This document shows positions 10,798 through 21,566 of a stretch of 64,000 nucleotides of DNA, in pieces (the first letter of the stretch is position 1; every line of letters starts with the position of its first letter). The notes below the pieces were generated by a model, which worked only from the letters and a program-made list of their open reading frames with translations, searched no databases and was not told the DNA's origin. A program made the translations under genes and the position numbers. The stretch spans positions 1-64,000 of the forward strand of contig JAWAQK010000005.1 in NCBI GenBank assembly GCA_038893995.1. Reading direction: 5' to 3'. The DNA comes from Candidatus Thorarchaeota archaeon (GTDB lineage: Archaea > Asgardarchaeota > Thorarchaeia > Thorarchaeales > Thorarchaeaceae).

Positions 10798-12312
10798 ATG
10801 AATCGCCAGCACTCTCGTTTGGGCACAGTCATATGCACAGAGCGTACTCCCAGTGTGACAGAGTTCAGCTTCGTTGTTGAGGGCGAACCAGATGAGATTG
10901 TCGTGGGGAGAGGACAGTATGTCGCTGTGCCTATGTCAGATGGTCTAGTCATTGCTAGAGTCCAGAACCTGCTTGGGATGAACAGGTACTACCAACATGC
11001 TGAGGCAGTTCGCGAGTATCAGTCCCATGGTGAACCTTTACGAACAATCTTCCCCACTGATCGGTGGCAGTACACGGTTGCAGAAACCCGCGTCTTGGGC
11101 TATTGGCGCGATGGTCGTTCTGTACGACCATACTTTGTGGTTCCACCAGGTTCCATCGTCCGTCCCGTCGACGAGTCCGTTCTCTCAAAGTTTCTTGGTC
11201 TCGATCCCGAACACGGTTTGAAACTTGGTCGTCTTACAGACCACGAGATAGACTTCTGCCCGACATTGCAAGGTCTGCTTTCAAAACACATGGCTATCCT
11301 GGCAATGAGTGGAGCTGGGAAGTCCTACTTTGTTTCGGTCCTCATTGAGGAACTATTATCGAGACGCGAAGCTGACGGACGTCTCGCGACAGTGCTGGTA
11401 GATGTCCATGGTGAATACTCGTATCTTACAAAGATGACTCCGAACGATCTGGGTCTTCCCGAAGGGTCAGTTGACATCGACCACATTCGTGGTTCACACA
11501 TTCAGATCCCAGTAAACTCCCTCAGCGCAGAAACACTGGCATCATTCGTTTCAGACATGAGTCCCATTCAGCTGCGGGATCTGAGGAGGGTCCTTACAGA
11601 GGCTCGAAACAGAACGGACCTCCTCACTCTGTCTGACATTGCAACTATTATCTCCGAAGATGGGAAAATCAGCAAGAATACTCGCGACGCATTAGTCGGC
11701 TGGATCCTGGGCCTTGAGGATACAGGTCTCTTTGGCAAGGAGGCGCTCCCTGAACTCGTCAGTTCGATCCGACCCGGCAGAGTGACCCTTATTGACCTCA
11801 GCGACTTTGTTTCGATGAAGAAGAAACAGATCATTGTGTCCTATCTTGCAGGAGAGCTGCTCAATCTCAGGCGACGAGGTCTCATCCCCCCGTTCTTACT
11901 GATCCTAGAGGAGGCGCATCAGTTCTGTCCGGAAGGCCGTCATGAGCTGGCTCTTCCACGACCCCAGATTGAAACCATTGCTCGGGAGGGTCGCAAGTTC
12001 TTTGCACTTTTGTGCCTCGTATCTCAACGACCCGTCCGTCTGTCAACTACTGTACTCAGTCAGTGCAACACTCACGCAATCTTCAGAACAACAAACCCAT
12101 ATGATCTGGAGCACATTGGGAGGAGCAGCGAAGGCATCGACAAAGAGTCGCTTGAGATGATAACGACTCTGAGTGTCGGTGAGGCTCTATTTGTTGGCGA
12201 GGCAGTCACAGTACCGACTTTTGTCAGGATTCGAAAGCGCAAGTTTGAACCCGAATCTGCCAAGTCGCTGGAAGAAACTCTGAGAGCAGTCAGTCGTCAA
12301 TGGTCTGTGTAG
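10798..12312 (+). CDS. herA: HerA helicase/ATPase
   Basis: HAS-barrel N-terminus, HMAILAMSGAGKS, DVHGEY, LEEAHQF, REGRKF, SQRP. Confidence 0.9.
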   Translation: MNRQHSRLGTVICTERTPSVTEFSFVVEGEPDEIVVGRGQYVAVPMSDGLVIARVQNLLGMNRYYQHAEAVREYQSHGEPLRTIFPTDRWQYTVAETRVLGYWRDGRSVRPYFVVPPGSIVRPVDESVLSKFLGLDPEHGLKLGRLTDHEIDFCPTLQGLLSKHMAILAMSGAGKSYFVSVLIEELLSRREADGRLATVLVDVHGEYSYLTKMTPNDLGLPEGSVDIDHIRGSHIQIPVNSLSAETLASFVSDMSPIQLRDLRRVLTEARNRTDLLTLSDIATIISEDGKISKNTRDALVGWILGLEDTGLFGKEALPELVSSIRPGRVTLIDLSDFVSMKKKQIIVSYLAGELLNLRRRGLIPPFLLILEEAHQFCPEGRHELALPRPQIETIAREGRKFFALLCLVSQRPVRLSTTVLSQCNTHAIFRTTNPYDLEHIGRSSEGIDKESLEMITTLSVGEALFVGEAVTVPTFVRIRKRKFEPESAKSLEETLRAVSRQWSV

Positions 12313-12484
12313 CGGAGATGTTTCAGGACGCCAGGGATATCATTGTATGGACCAAGGTCATCAGCTCCGGACATGCGTCCGACGGAATGCCATTTCGCGT
12401 CCCTATCGGTCGAAACAACACTTCCCAGAACGCCAGACACATAACCATTTGACATCTCTTTCTGTGTCAGGAGGCAGAGTATTG

Positions 12485-13897
12485 ATGACCTCTGAAACAC
12501 AGCCCCCTCGCCTGTTCGGTACATCAGGAATTCGAGGAGGTCTTGAGAGGGTTAGCACAGAACTAGCACTTGATCTGGGTCGTTCACTAGGAACGAGTCT
12601 GAGTCCTGGTGCCTGTGTCAGCATTGGTACTGATGCCAGAGAGTCCGGAGCCATGCTGCTGAGTGCATTTGTGGCAGGTGTGCAGTCCGCCGGAGTCAAT
12701 GTCCTACTCCTTGGACTTGTGCCGATGCCCCTGGCCGCATTCTACAGCACTTACCCCAACATCTCTGTTTCTGTAATGTTGACGGCTAGTCACAATCCTC
12801 CCTCAGACAATGGCTTCAAGTTCTTTAGGAATGGTCGTGAGTTCATAAGATCCGAGGAGATCTTGATAGAACAGGTCGTCCGTGAGAAGAGTTTCAGGAC
12901 GGCTCCATGGACCATGATTGGCCACACTATGCAAAGAGAGGCCAAGGATGAATACTTACATCATCTCCTAGATTTCCTGCGCTCTCGGGGTGGAGTCGCC
13001 GATGGGATGAGGGTGGTTATCGATTCCGCGAATGGCGCCGCCACGAACTATACACCATCCTTGCTGGAAAACTTGGGTTTCGCAGTCGTCACTATGAACT
13101 CTCATATTGACGGATGGTTTCCTGGTCGTCCTCCTGAGCCATCTCCAGCAAATCTTGCAGAAACTATGGATGTTGCGCGTGAACTTGGGGCGGGTGTCAC
13201 GATCTGCCACGATGGCGACGGCGATCGACTCGCAGTCATAGATGAGAGAGGACAGTTTGTGGACCAGAATAGAGTCATCGCACTCTTTGCAAAGAGTGAG
13301 CTGGAGCGCGTGGGTGGCGGTAAGGTTGTCGTTTCTATTGATACATCGAGTGTAATTGATGAGATTGTGAACTCCTGCGGAGGTGAACTGGTCCGTGTAC
13401 CACTCGGGTCTTTACAATACGAGATCGCTCGAGATACCAATCACGAAATCGTCTTTGCATCGGAACCCTGGAAGCCAATATTTCTGGAATCTGGTGGGTG
13501 GATGGATGGTATACTGGGAGCTGCCCGATTTGCACAACTCACATATACAGACGGAAATGGGAAGTGCACAATGCTAATGAGAGGAATTCCTGAGTATCCA
13601 GTTCTCCGAGAACAGATTCACTGCCCCGACGAACTAAAGTCCGATTTCATGAAGAGTGTTAGGACACTTCTGAAATCAGAGGTATCAAACATAGACAAGG
13701 TTCTCGAGGTTGATGGTATCCGAATTGACCGTGCGGACGGTTCCTATGTTCTTGTACGTGTTTCCGGAACTGAGCCCAAGGCGCGAGTGTACATTGGCGC
13801 GAGAACGAGGGAAACTCTGGACAAGCTCCGTCAGATCTCTCAACGCATAATGGAACAATCCCTTGGGCAAGCAAGAGCAATGAAACATGGTGGCTGA
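12485..13897 (+). CDS. Phosphohexomutase (PGM/PMM/GlmM family)
   Basis: FGTSGIRG, TASHNP, DGDGDR, RVSGTEP. Confidence 0.92.
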   Translation: MTSETQPPRLFGTSGIRGGLERVSTELALDLGRSLGTSLSPGACVSIGTDARESGAMLLSAFVAGVQSAGVNVLLLGLVPMPLAAFYSTYPNISVSVMLTASHNPPSDNGFKFFRNGREFIRSEEILIEQVVREKSFRTAPWTMIGHTMQREAKDEYLHHLLDFLRSRGGVADGMRVVIDSANGAATNYTPSLLENLGFAVVTMNSHIDGWFPGRPPEPSPANLAETMDVARELGAGVTICHDGDGDRLAVIDERGQFVDQNRVIALFAKSELERVGGGKVVVSIDTSSVIDEIVNSCGGELVRVPLGSLQYEIARDTNHEIVFASEPWKPIFLESGGWMDGILGAARFAQLTYTDGNGKCTMLMRGIPEYPVLREQIHCPDELKSDFMKSVRTLLKSEVSNIDKVLEVDGIRIDRADGSYVLVRVSGTEPKARVYIGARTRETLDKLRQISQRIMEQSLGQARAMKHGG

Positions 13898-14171
13898 TAT
13901 TCGTTATCAGCTGCTTCGTGGCTTAAGAATCTGATTACACTCATTGTGTGGCCCTTGTCTGTCTTGTGCAAAGGCGTCCTCGTGACGTTTCCCTGGTCGT
14001 TTCGCCCCTTACCCCTGCGACAGCCTGTTCATTTGTCTCGTGATACCTCATTTCCGTCCTTACTCCCATTTCCGACAACGTCGGTGGTATCTTTCAGGTC
14101 TGTAACGATCCCAACGGCCATAACCCAGACAACAAATCCTTAAGTCGCCCCCTGCATGCCTCTCCTACACC

Positions 14172-14522
14172 ATGTCTGATAGCACTGATACCGCAGTCCG
14201 ACGAATGGCCGAGTTACTTCGACGCGGTGCCACGATGCTTGCAGATCCCTGCCCCCAGTGCGGTGCTCCCCTGATGAGGGTGGACAAGGACCTTTATTGT
14301 GCGAGATGTGACAGAAATGTAGTCGTTGTGAGGGAGGGTCAACAGGTTGATCTACAGACATTGAAGAGTCTGCTTCCTGGCGTCCGCGAAACAGTTCTAC
14401 GTAAGATTCGTTTGATGAACGAGATGATTGATAAAGAAGCCAACCCGGATGCTCTTCTGAGGCTCCTGAAGATCATGTTATTACTTCTTCAAGTACTTCA
14501 CAATCTTGAGGACTCCAGATGA
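14172..14522 (+). CDS. UPF0148 / autoantigen-p27 Zn-ribbon protein
   Basis: MAELLRRGATML..CPQCGAPL...YCARC. Confidence 0.88.
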   Translation: MSDSTDTAVRRMAELLRRGATMLADPCPQCGAPLMRVDKDLYCARCDRNVVVVREGQQVDLQTLKSLLPGVRETVLRKIRLMNEMIDKEANPDALLRLLKIMLLLLQVLHNLEDSR

Positions 14523-14553
14523 GCGGCTTCCTGGCGTGAGAAACAATGATCGT

Positions 14554-15189
14554 CTACTCTTGCTGACCTCGTCGGAGTCTTGCTCTCCTGGCCTTCACTT
14601 CTTCAGGTCCTTTCAACACCTTGCATTTACGGATCTCACACTGTCTGAGTGGTATTATTGTCTTGACTCGCTCCCGGACCTCACTCGCTAACTCTCCCAT
14701 GACAACCTTCTCAACCAGCTCATCAAAGGTATGCTTCTTTGCGTGTGTGACTATGACCCCCTCAATCTCCTTTCTGACTGCATGCTCTTGGCTTGTCTTG
14801 ATGCGATTTGTGGTGAACACTATCACCGAGATACGTATCAGATAGTCATCTTTTGTAAGTATAGGGCCAATCCAGTCAATTCTTGAAGTACCTCTTCTTA
14901 CTAGCCCTCTGAGGTAGTCCGAACTCCACTCATGACCGTAGAAAACAGTCTTCGCCTGTTGACCTACCACGTCGATTATCTTGAGTCTGAGCTTCACATG
15001 AACCTGATTCGGATCTCCAGTCACATCCTTCAGTGTTGGTTCCACGGTCCGTCCAATGAGGAATGCTGGATCACTTGCAGGAGTACTTCCTACTACCTTG
15101 TTGTTGAAGTAATCGGGCGCTACAATGTCGTACCATTGCTTCTCTCTCCAAGTGTCCCTTGTCTTCGTTGTTGTCTGCTTGGATGACAT
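14554..15189 (-). CDS. rps3ae: Ribosomal protein eS1 (S3Ae)
   Basis: DTWREKQWYDIVAP, DYLRGLVRRGTSRID, IIPLRQCEIRK. Confidence 0.96.
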   Translation of the reverse strand: MSSKQTTTKTRDTWREKQWYDIVAPDYFNNKVVGSTPASDPAFLIGRTVEPTLKDVTGDPNQVHVKLRLKIIDVVGQQAKTVFYGHEWSSDYLRGLVRRGTSRIDWIGPILTKDDYLIRISVIVFTTNRIKTSQEHAVRKEIEGVIVTHAKKHTFDELVEKVVMGELASEVRERVKTIIPLRQCEIRKCKVLKGPEEVKARRARLRRGQQE

Positions 15190-15384
15190 TCTGGAAGATC
15201 ACGCTCAGAGCAGTAATCGGTGCTTTTGCTGCGGGCATACACCCATCGAATCGATATCGTGCAGCCTCAGACCGGCCTAATGGTCTGCAAATAAAAAGGT
15301 TGTGAAAGTAGGCGGACTTCATGACTCGTGAGCAACGTAAACTAGATATTGCTGGGTGGGCTTGGCTTTCAGGGGTCTTGCAAG

Positions 15385-15525
15385 ATGGAGAATGTTCGGT
15401 GTACACGATGCGGTTACAATGACGTCGCGCTCGTGAAAAGAGAACTGATGCCAAAAGGCGGTTTCAAGAAGACCTATCGTTGCCCCAGATGCAGCCATGT
15501 ATGGACTGACCCAGCCAATACCTGA
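15385..15525 (+). CDS. 46-aa Zn-ribbon microprotein
   Basis: Manual translation MENVRCTRCGYNDVALVKRELMPKGGFKKTYRCPRCSHVWTDPANT; CxxCG...CPxC; GGGGT upstream. Confidence 0.75.
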   Translation: MENVRCTRCGYNDVALVKRELMPKGGFKKTYRCPRCSHVWTDPANT

Positions 15526-15578
15526 TTCCTTCTATGAAAACCATTATATTCCATGTATTGCCGAAAGATCGCATCACT

Positions 15579-15663
15579 GCGGAGGTTGCCAAGCCTGGTC
15601 AAAGGCGCTGGACTTAGGATCCAGTCTCGAAGGAGTTCACGAGTTCGAATCTCGTCCTCCGCA
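15579..15663 (+). tRNA. tRNA-Leu(TAG), intronless, CCA encoded
   Basis: GCGGAGG/CCTCCGC acceptor, CTGGA-CTTAGGA-TCCAG anticodon arm, long variable arm, TTCGAAT. Confidence 0.97.
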
Positions 15664-15838
15664 CCATCTGAACGAACTCCCAATGTGTGACTGTTCTCGT
15701 GTGATGATCTGGTATTGTTTCTGCTCGTCCGAGGTTGTGAAACCATAAGCCCTACGCATACCATGATGGTGTGCGGGCATCATGGACGTCAGTCCTGATC
15801 CAGGACTGTACTGACCGGAGACCCTCTCCTAGTGTATC

Positions 15839-15870
15839 AAAAAGAGAAGGAGAGAGAGCCCTCTCTCTCC
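15839..15870 (-). terminator. Hairpin plus pyrimidine/U-tract after acs
   Basis: Minus strand GGAGAGAGAG-GG-CTCTCTCTCC followed by TTCTCTTTTT, starting 5 nt after the stop codon. Confidence 0.65.
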
Positions 15871-15875
15871 GAAAC

Positions 15876-17864
15876 TCATACTATTCTCTCTCTGACCAAA
15901 GTATCGACAACACTTGGGTCCGCAAGAGTCGTTGTGTCGCCCAGGTCATCCAACTGTCCTGCAGCAATTCTCTTGAGGATTCTGCGCATGATCTTGCCGG
16001 AACGAGTCTTTGGCAGGGCGTCTGCGAATTGGATCTTGTCTGGTGTCGCGATCGGTCCAACAGTTGCCCTGACATGATCGCGCAGCTCCTTCTTGAGCTC
16101 CTCGGTCTTGGGAACCCCCTCCTTAAGAGTGACAAAGACGTATATTGCCTCTCCCTTGACCTCATGGGGAAATCCCACTACTGCAGACTCAGCAACAGCA
16201 GGATGCGATACAAGGGCGCTCTCTATCTCTGCAGTCCCAAGCCTGTGTCCGGACACCTTTAGAACATCGTCTAGTCGCCCCATGACAAAGTAGTATCCAT
16301 CACTGTTGCGTCTTGCGCCATCACCAGTGGTATACATTGGCAGTCCGGTCTCGGGGTCCTTGTGGTATATCCAATAGGTGTCGACGAACCTCTTGTGATC
16401 TCCATAGACCGTGCGCATCAGTCCAGGCCAGGGCTTCTTGATACACAACCAACCTCCCTCGTTGACGCCTACTGGCTTGCTGCTGTCATCCACGATTATT
16501 GGATCAATACCAAAGTACGGAAATGTAGCTGAACCAGGTATGGTTGCAGTAGCACCGGGGAGCGGTGTTATTATCACTCCTCCAGTTTCAGTCTGCCAGT
16601 ATGTATCAACGATCGGGCACTGCTCTTTTCCAACGACCTTGTGATACCACATCCATGCCTCTGGATTGATTGGCTCGCCTACCGTGCCCAACAGCCTTAG
16701 AGATGAGAGATCGTGTTTCAAAACAGGCCCCTCCCCGAATTTCATCAGTGATCTGATAGCCGTAGGGGCTGTGTAGAACTGGTTCACCTTCCATCTCTCA
16801 ACCTCAACCCAGAACCGGTCGTTGTCGGGGTAGGTCGGCACGCCCTCAAACATCATGGTGGTCGCGCCTGCACAGAGGGGTCCATAGACTATGTATGAGT
16901 GTCCTGTGACCCAACCAATGTCAGCAGTGCACCAGTATATGTCTCCTGGATGCCAGTCAAAAATATTGAGAAAACTGTGAGCAACGTAGACCATATATCC
17001 TCCCAGTGTGTGGAGGACCCCTTTGGGCTTCCCAGTGGACCCTGATGTGTAGAGGATAAAGAGTGGATCTTCAGCATTCAGCCATTCAGTTTCGCACTTA
17101 TCGTCCACTTTCTCATACTCTTCATGGTACCACAGGTCACGCCCGGGTGTCATCGGGACATCCTTTGTGCCGATCCTACGAACAACCAGCACCTTCTCAA
17201 TGCTGGGCGTGTCCTTTAGAGCTACGTCAGCATTGGCCTTCTGAGAAACGACCTTCCCACTCCGGTAATAGGCGTCTGCAGTAATTAGGACCTTTGCCTG
17301 ACAGTCGATTATCCTGTCTCTGAGGGCATCTGCGCTGAAACCGCCGAAGACTATGCTGTGAATCGCACCGATCCTCGTACATGCGAGCATAGTGATGGCC
17401 AGTTCTGGTATCATTGGTAGGTATATCGTCACTCTGTCCCCTTTCTTTACGCCCAGACCTCTCAGGATATTAGCAGCCTTGTTGACCTCGTGAAGGAGCT
17501 GGCTATAGGTATAAGTCCGGGACTCTTTCTCGGGTTCACCTTGCCAGATGAGTGCCGTCTGGTTTCCCTTACCCGCCTCTACATGCTTATCAAGGCAGTT
17601 GTAGGCCATGTTTGTAATGCCATCTTCGAACCACGTGAATACGGCATTCTTCGGGTCTTTCCAGTCAAGTCCCTTCGTTGGCTTCTTCTTCCAGTAACAC
17701 AATTCTGTTGCTATCTTGATCCAAAACTGATCGGGGTTCTTCAACGACTCGTTCCAGAGTTTCATTCTCTCTTCGTGGCTCTTTATGTAGGCTCTCTTGA
17801 CGAAATCGGGAGGCGGTGGGAACCTGCGCTCCTCCTGACTCGTGACAGTAATCTTCTGGCTCAA
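15876..17864 (-). CDS. acs: Acetyl-CoA synthetase (AMP-forming)
   Basis: [47 protein letters not shown]. Confidence 0.97.
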   Translation of the reverse strand: MSQKITVTSQEERRFPPPPDFVKRAYIKSHEERMKLWNESLKNPDQFWIKIATELCYWKKKPTKGLDWKDPKNAVFTWFEDGITNMAYNCLDKHVEAGKGNQTALIWQGEPEKESRTYTYSQLLHEVNKAANILRGLGVKKGDRVTIYLPMIPELAITMLACTRIGAIHSIVFGGFSADALRDRIIDCQAKVLITADAYYRSGKVVSQKANADVALKDTPSIEKVLVVRRIGTKDVPMTPGRDLWYHEEYEKVDDKCETEWLNAEDPLFILYTSGSTGKPKGVLHTLGGYMVYVAHSFLNIFDWHPGDIYWCTADIGWVTGHSYIVYGPLCAGATTMMFEGVPTYPDNDRFWVEVERWKVNQFYTAPTAIRSLMKFGEGPVLKHDLSSLRLLGTVGEPINPEAWMWYHKVVGKEQCPIVDTYWQTETGGVIITPLPGATATIPGSATFPYFGIDPIIVDDSSKPVGVNEGGWLCIKKPWPGLMRTVYGDHKRFVDTYWIYHKDPETGLPMYTTGDGARRNSDGYYFVMGRLDDVLKVSGHRLGTAEIESALVSHPAVAESAVVGFPHEVKGEAIYVFVTLKEGVPKTEELKKELRDHVRATVGPIATPDKIQFADALPKTRSGKIMRRILKRIAAGQLDDLGDTTTLADPSVVDTLVRERIV

Positions 17865-18010
17865 CTTGGGTCACCAATCATTCTGTCTTTTGGCTGCTCG
17901 TCCACCGGGGTCCTATTATAAGTTTATCCAATACCCGTCGACATTGTTTCTACCATTTGTCATGGTGCCCGTCGGGGCTCGGTTTCAGTCCCGACGAGCA
18001 AGAGAACCTC

Positions 18011-19282
18011 CTACTGTTCCTTTTCGGTCTTCTTCAAGAACAGCGTTACGAGCATCGCGAATATCGCCAGGATTCCGGTGATTATGAATGCCATATAGTA
18101 GGAGCCTGTCCAATCCTTCATATAGCCCGCGACAAGTGCTCCCAGAATGCCTGCAAAACCGTATGCAGTAAAGACAACGCCGTAGTTCTTGCCGACATTG
18201 CTTGTACCAAAATAGTCTGCAGTCGCGGATGGGAACAGTGCAAAATTACCACCAAAACAGAATCCTACCGTGGACGCTATGACTGTCACGACGATCCATC
18301 TACCCTCTGCAGGAGGTAGTGAGGCTACCAGTGCAAAGGAGAACATTGCCATCGACAACACAAGAAACATGATGGTCATCGTGAGCCTTCTTCCAATCCT
18401 GTCCGATATCGTGCCCCATACGATTCGTCCGGCTGCATTGAATATCGACATTATTCCCGCGATTAGTGGTCCCAGAAACAGTGGTACAACTAGTGGGTCG
18501 ACATCAGCTGCAGCACTCTTGACCATCCCCAGAGTCATCAGTCCTGCAGTTGCTGCGAGGAAAAACATCAGCCAGAGCATCTTGAATCTCGATGTTCTTA
18601 TCATTTCTCGAGGAGTCAAGCTCACCCCGGAGGCATCAGCGGTGGTAGGCTTAGGTACAAATCCGGGTGGTGTCCATCCTGCTGGGGGATTCCTCAGCAA
18701 CTGAGACCCACCAATCACGACCACCAGATAGATCAGCCCCAGCGTCAAGAACGGTGTTCCGACAAGTCCTCCATTAAGCGCAATCAGGTACTCCTCAACA
18801 TAGCTGAATACAAGGGCTCCTCCGCCAAAGCCGGCAACTGCCACTCCAGTGATGGCCCCCTTCTTATCAGGGAACCACTTGACAAGTGCGGCGATAGGAC
18901 AGACATATGCAAAACCTATCCCAGCACCGCCTACAAGTCCGTATGTCATGATCAGGAACAGCGTACCGGTAGTTGTGTCTAGCGCAAGCATATCAATCAG
19001 TGACGCCAGAATGTATCCCAGTCCCAGTAATAACCCTCCGAAGGTGGCCACTTTCCTAGGTCCTGCACGGTCCTGCCATCTTCCCGCCAGTACCATGAAT
19101 CCGGCGAATGACGCCAGACCAGCAGCAAATGGGAGCAACGCATTGGTTGCAGGCCACGAGTAGTGTGTGGCAACCAAGGCACTCTGAAATATGCTCCATG
19201 CATAGATGGTTCCTAGGCATATCTGCACTACCACTCCTCCGATGACTACTAGGAGTCTGTTTCCCACTCTTTCAGACATCAT
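18011..19282 (-). CDS. MFS transporter, oxalate:formate antiporter (OFA) family
   Basis: GTIYAWSIF, GRWQDRAGPR, KWFPDKKG, GKNYG; about 12 hydrophobic segments. Confidence 0.9.
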   Translation of the reverse strand: MMSERVGNRLLVVIGGVVVQICLGTIYAWSIFQSALVATHYSWPATNALLPFAAGLASFAGFMVLAGRWQDRAGPRKVATFGGLLLGLGYILASLIDMLALDTTTGTLFLIMTYGLVGGAGIGFAYVCPIAALVKWFPDKKGAITGVAVAGFGGGALVFSYVEEYLIALNGGLVGTPFLTLGLIYLVVVIGGSQLLRNPPAGWTPPGFVPKPTTADASGVSLTPREMIRTSRFKMLWLMFFLAATAGLMTLGMVKSAAADVDPLVVPLFLGPLIAGIMSIFNAAGRIVWGTISDRIGRRLTMTIMFLVLSMAMFSFALVASLPPAEGRWIVVTVIASTVGFCFGGNFALFPSATADYFGTSNVGKNYGVVFTAYGFAGILGALVAGYMKDWTGSYYMAFIITGILAIFAMLVTLFLKKTEKEQ

Positions 19283-19685
19283 TATGACACCTCGTTCAAG
19301 GTGACTGAGGCGGGGGCTGACCCTCGTATGCTAAAAGGTTATCGAGAAACGGATCGCGGAAACGATAACTTCGCGCTGGTCATATTGGCTTCTGCTGTTG
19401 TATCTGGACATACTGTCGACCAGTGATAGTCTTGAACCTATCATTTCAACCAGAACGCAACAATCTACCAGCGACAGACCGATGTGATGGAGCCTCCATT
19501 AGAACGAATACTACTTGGCCGTCTAGGATTCAGACTTACCTTTGGCCCAGAGCATGTTCTGTCGTCGGCCTGTAGCGGTCTGTCCGTTCAGTTTCCTATG
19601 TCCAGTGAGTCAGCATCTCCATAGATGGCCGTGTCGGAAACCTCTATATCGCTTCCCCCCCAATGTCTCCGACTGGAGACAGACG

Positions 19686-21566
19686 ATGGTAGACCACCTG
19701 GAGAAATACAAGAAGAAAGTAGTTACTGCCAGTGAGGCAATCCGCAAGATTCGTCGTGGTGCTAGAATCTTCCTCGGCACTGGATGTGGCGTTCCGTATC
19801 ATCTAGTTCAAGAGCTGGCCAAGAATGCCTCTCAAATGGCTGATAACGAGATCGTTCACCTACTCACGCTGGGAGACACTCCGTCTGCAGACCCGTCATT
19901 CCAAGCACAATTCAGGCATAACACATTCTTTGTATCAGACAACATTCGAGCTGCCGTTTCAGAAGGCAGGGCTGACTACACGCCAATCATGCTGTCCGAC
20001 ATCCCCAGACTCTTCAGGACTAGGAGAATGCCGCTCGATGTTGCACTGGTTCAGACTAGTCCCCCGGACGAACATGGCTTTTGTTCACTTGGAATCTCGG
20101 TTGACATAACAAAGTCCGCAGTGGAGAGTGCGGATCTGGTAATTGCACAGATCAACGAACGTATGCCCGTGACTCACGGTGACTCTTTCGTTGACGTCCG
20201 TGACATTGACTATCTTGTACCATTCACTGAACCATTGAGAGAGTTTGAAACTCCTGTCGTGGATGAGACAATCAACCGAATCGGTTCATATGTTTCACGT
20301 TTGATCGAGAATGAATCTACTCTAGAACTGGGCATTGGTGCTTTGCCGCAGGCGGTCTGCAACAACCTCTTGGACGCAGGAGTAAAGGATCTCGGGATTC
20401 ATACTGAGATGTTCAGTGATAGTCTGATCCCCCTGATTGATAGCGGCATAGTAACATGCAAGAAGAAGACACTTCACAAGGGCAAGGTGGTTGCAAGCTT
20501 TGCAATGGGAAGCGAGAAGCTCTACGAGTACGTGGACAATAACCCCTTCTTTGAGTTCAGGCCATCCGAGTATGTCAACGATCCATATATCATTAGTCAG
20601 AATAACAAGATGGTTGCAATAAACTCAGCACTTGAAATTGACCTGACTGGCCAAGTCTGTGCTGACTCAATAGGGCACAAGTTTTACAGTGGCATTGGTG
20701 GACAGGTAGACTTCATCAGAGGCGCCTCGAGAGCCCCTGATGGCAAGGCCATAATCTGTATCCAATCCACTGCAATAAACGAAACAGTTTCGCGCATTGT
20801 CCCGCGTCTCAGTGAGGGTGCAGGAGTTGTGACAACCCGCGGCGACGTGGACGTCGTGGTCACGGAATACGGCATGGCGACACTTCATGGCAAGACCATC
20901 AGGGAACGTGTGCTCTCCCTCATAGCAATTGCACACCCGAAGTTTAGAAACGAGCTGCTAGAGGCAGCCAAGAGGATGATGTACGTATTCGAAGATCAAG
21001 TACCGTTCCTCTCTCAGGGCACCTATTTCGCTACCGAGTACGAATGCGAGGAAACTTTCAGAGGTCCAGAGGGTCCGATCACGGTCAGGTTCAGACTGAT
21101 CCGTCCCGATGACTCAGATAGGATCAAAGATCTGTTCTACAACTTGTCAGAAGAGTCGATCTACTTCCGGTTCCTGACGCCACTGAAGAGTCTGCGACGT
21201 CAGACTCTTCAAGACTTTTACAACGTAGACCAGTCACGCGATATCAGCATCGTGGCGGTCATCAAGCCCAAGAATACAGGAGAAACTGAGCGCATAATTG
21301 GCGCTGGTAGGTATCTCCTTGACCGCACTACGAATGAGGCTGAATTTGCACTTCTGATTCAGGACGAGTACCAGAACAGAGGGATAGGCTCATTCCTGCT
21401 CTCACATCTGATGAGGATTGCGAAGAGCAAGGGTGTGAAAGCATTCGTTGCATACGTCCATCCGCGGAACCAGCCCATGATCCGTTTCCTGCACAAGACA
21501 GGGAAGATAATCGAGAGCAAGCTAAATCCTAGGGATGATGAGTACATCTTCAAGCTTAGGCTGTGA
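19686..21566 (+). CDS. Acetyl-CoA hydrolase/CoA-transferase fused to a C-terminal GNAT acetyltransferase
   Basis: LELGIG, HTEM, EIDLTGQ, SGIGGQVDF, VVTEYG; C-terminal IRPDD...AEFALLIQDEYQNRGIGS. Confidence 0.92.
   Translation: MVDHLEKYKKKVVTASEAIRKIRRGARIFLGTGCGVPYHLVQELAKNASQMADNEIVHLLTLGDTPSADPSFQAQFRHNTFFVSDNIRAAVSEGRADYTPIMLSDIPRLFRTRRMPLDVALVQTSPPDEHGFCSLGISVDITKSAVESADLVIAQINERMPVTHGDSFVDVRDIDYLVPFTEPLREFETPVVDETINRIGSYVSRLIENESTLELGIGALPQAVCNNLLDAGVKDLGIHTEMFSDSLIPLIDSGIVTCKKKTLHKGKVVASFAMGSEKLYEYVDNNPFFEFRPSEYVNDPYIISQNNKMVAINSALEIDLTGQVCADSIGHKFYSGIGGQVDFIRGASRAPDGKAIICIQSTAINETVSRIVPRLSEGAGVVTTRGDVDVVVTEYGMATLHGKTIRERVLSLIAIAHPKFRNELLEAAKRMMYVFEDQVPFLSQGTYFATEYECEETFRGPEGPITVRFRLIRPDDSDRIKDLFYNLSEESIYFRFLTPLKSLRRQTLQDFYNVDQSRDISIVAVIKPKNTGETERIIGAGRYLLDRTTNEAEFALLIQDEYQNRGIGSFLLSHLMRIAKSKGVKAFVAYVHPRNQPMIRFLHKTGKIIESKLNPRDDEYIFKLRL

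Noticed and set aside
13898-14171. ORF or ncRNA in the gap after the phosphohexomutase gene
   Set aside because: Only short motif-less ORFs; no tRNA, SRP or other convincing structure.
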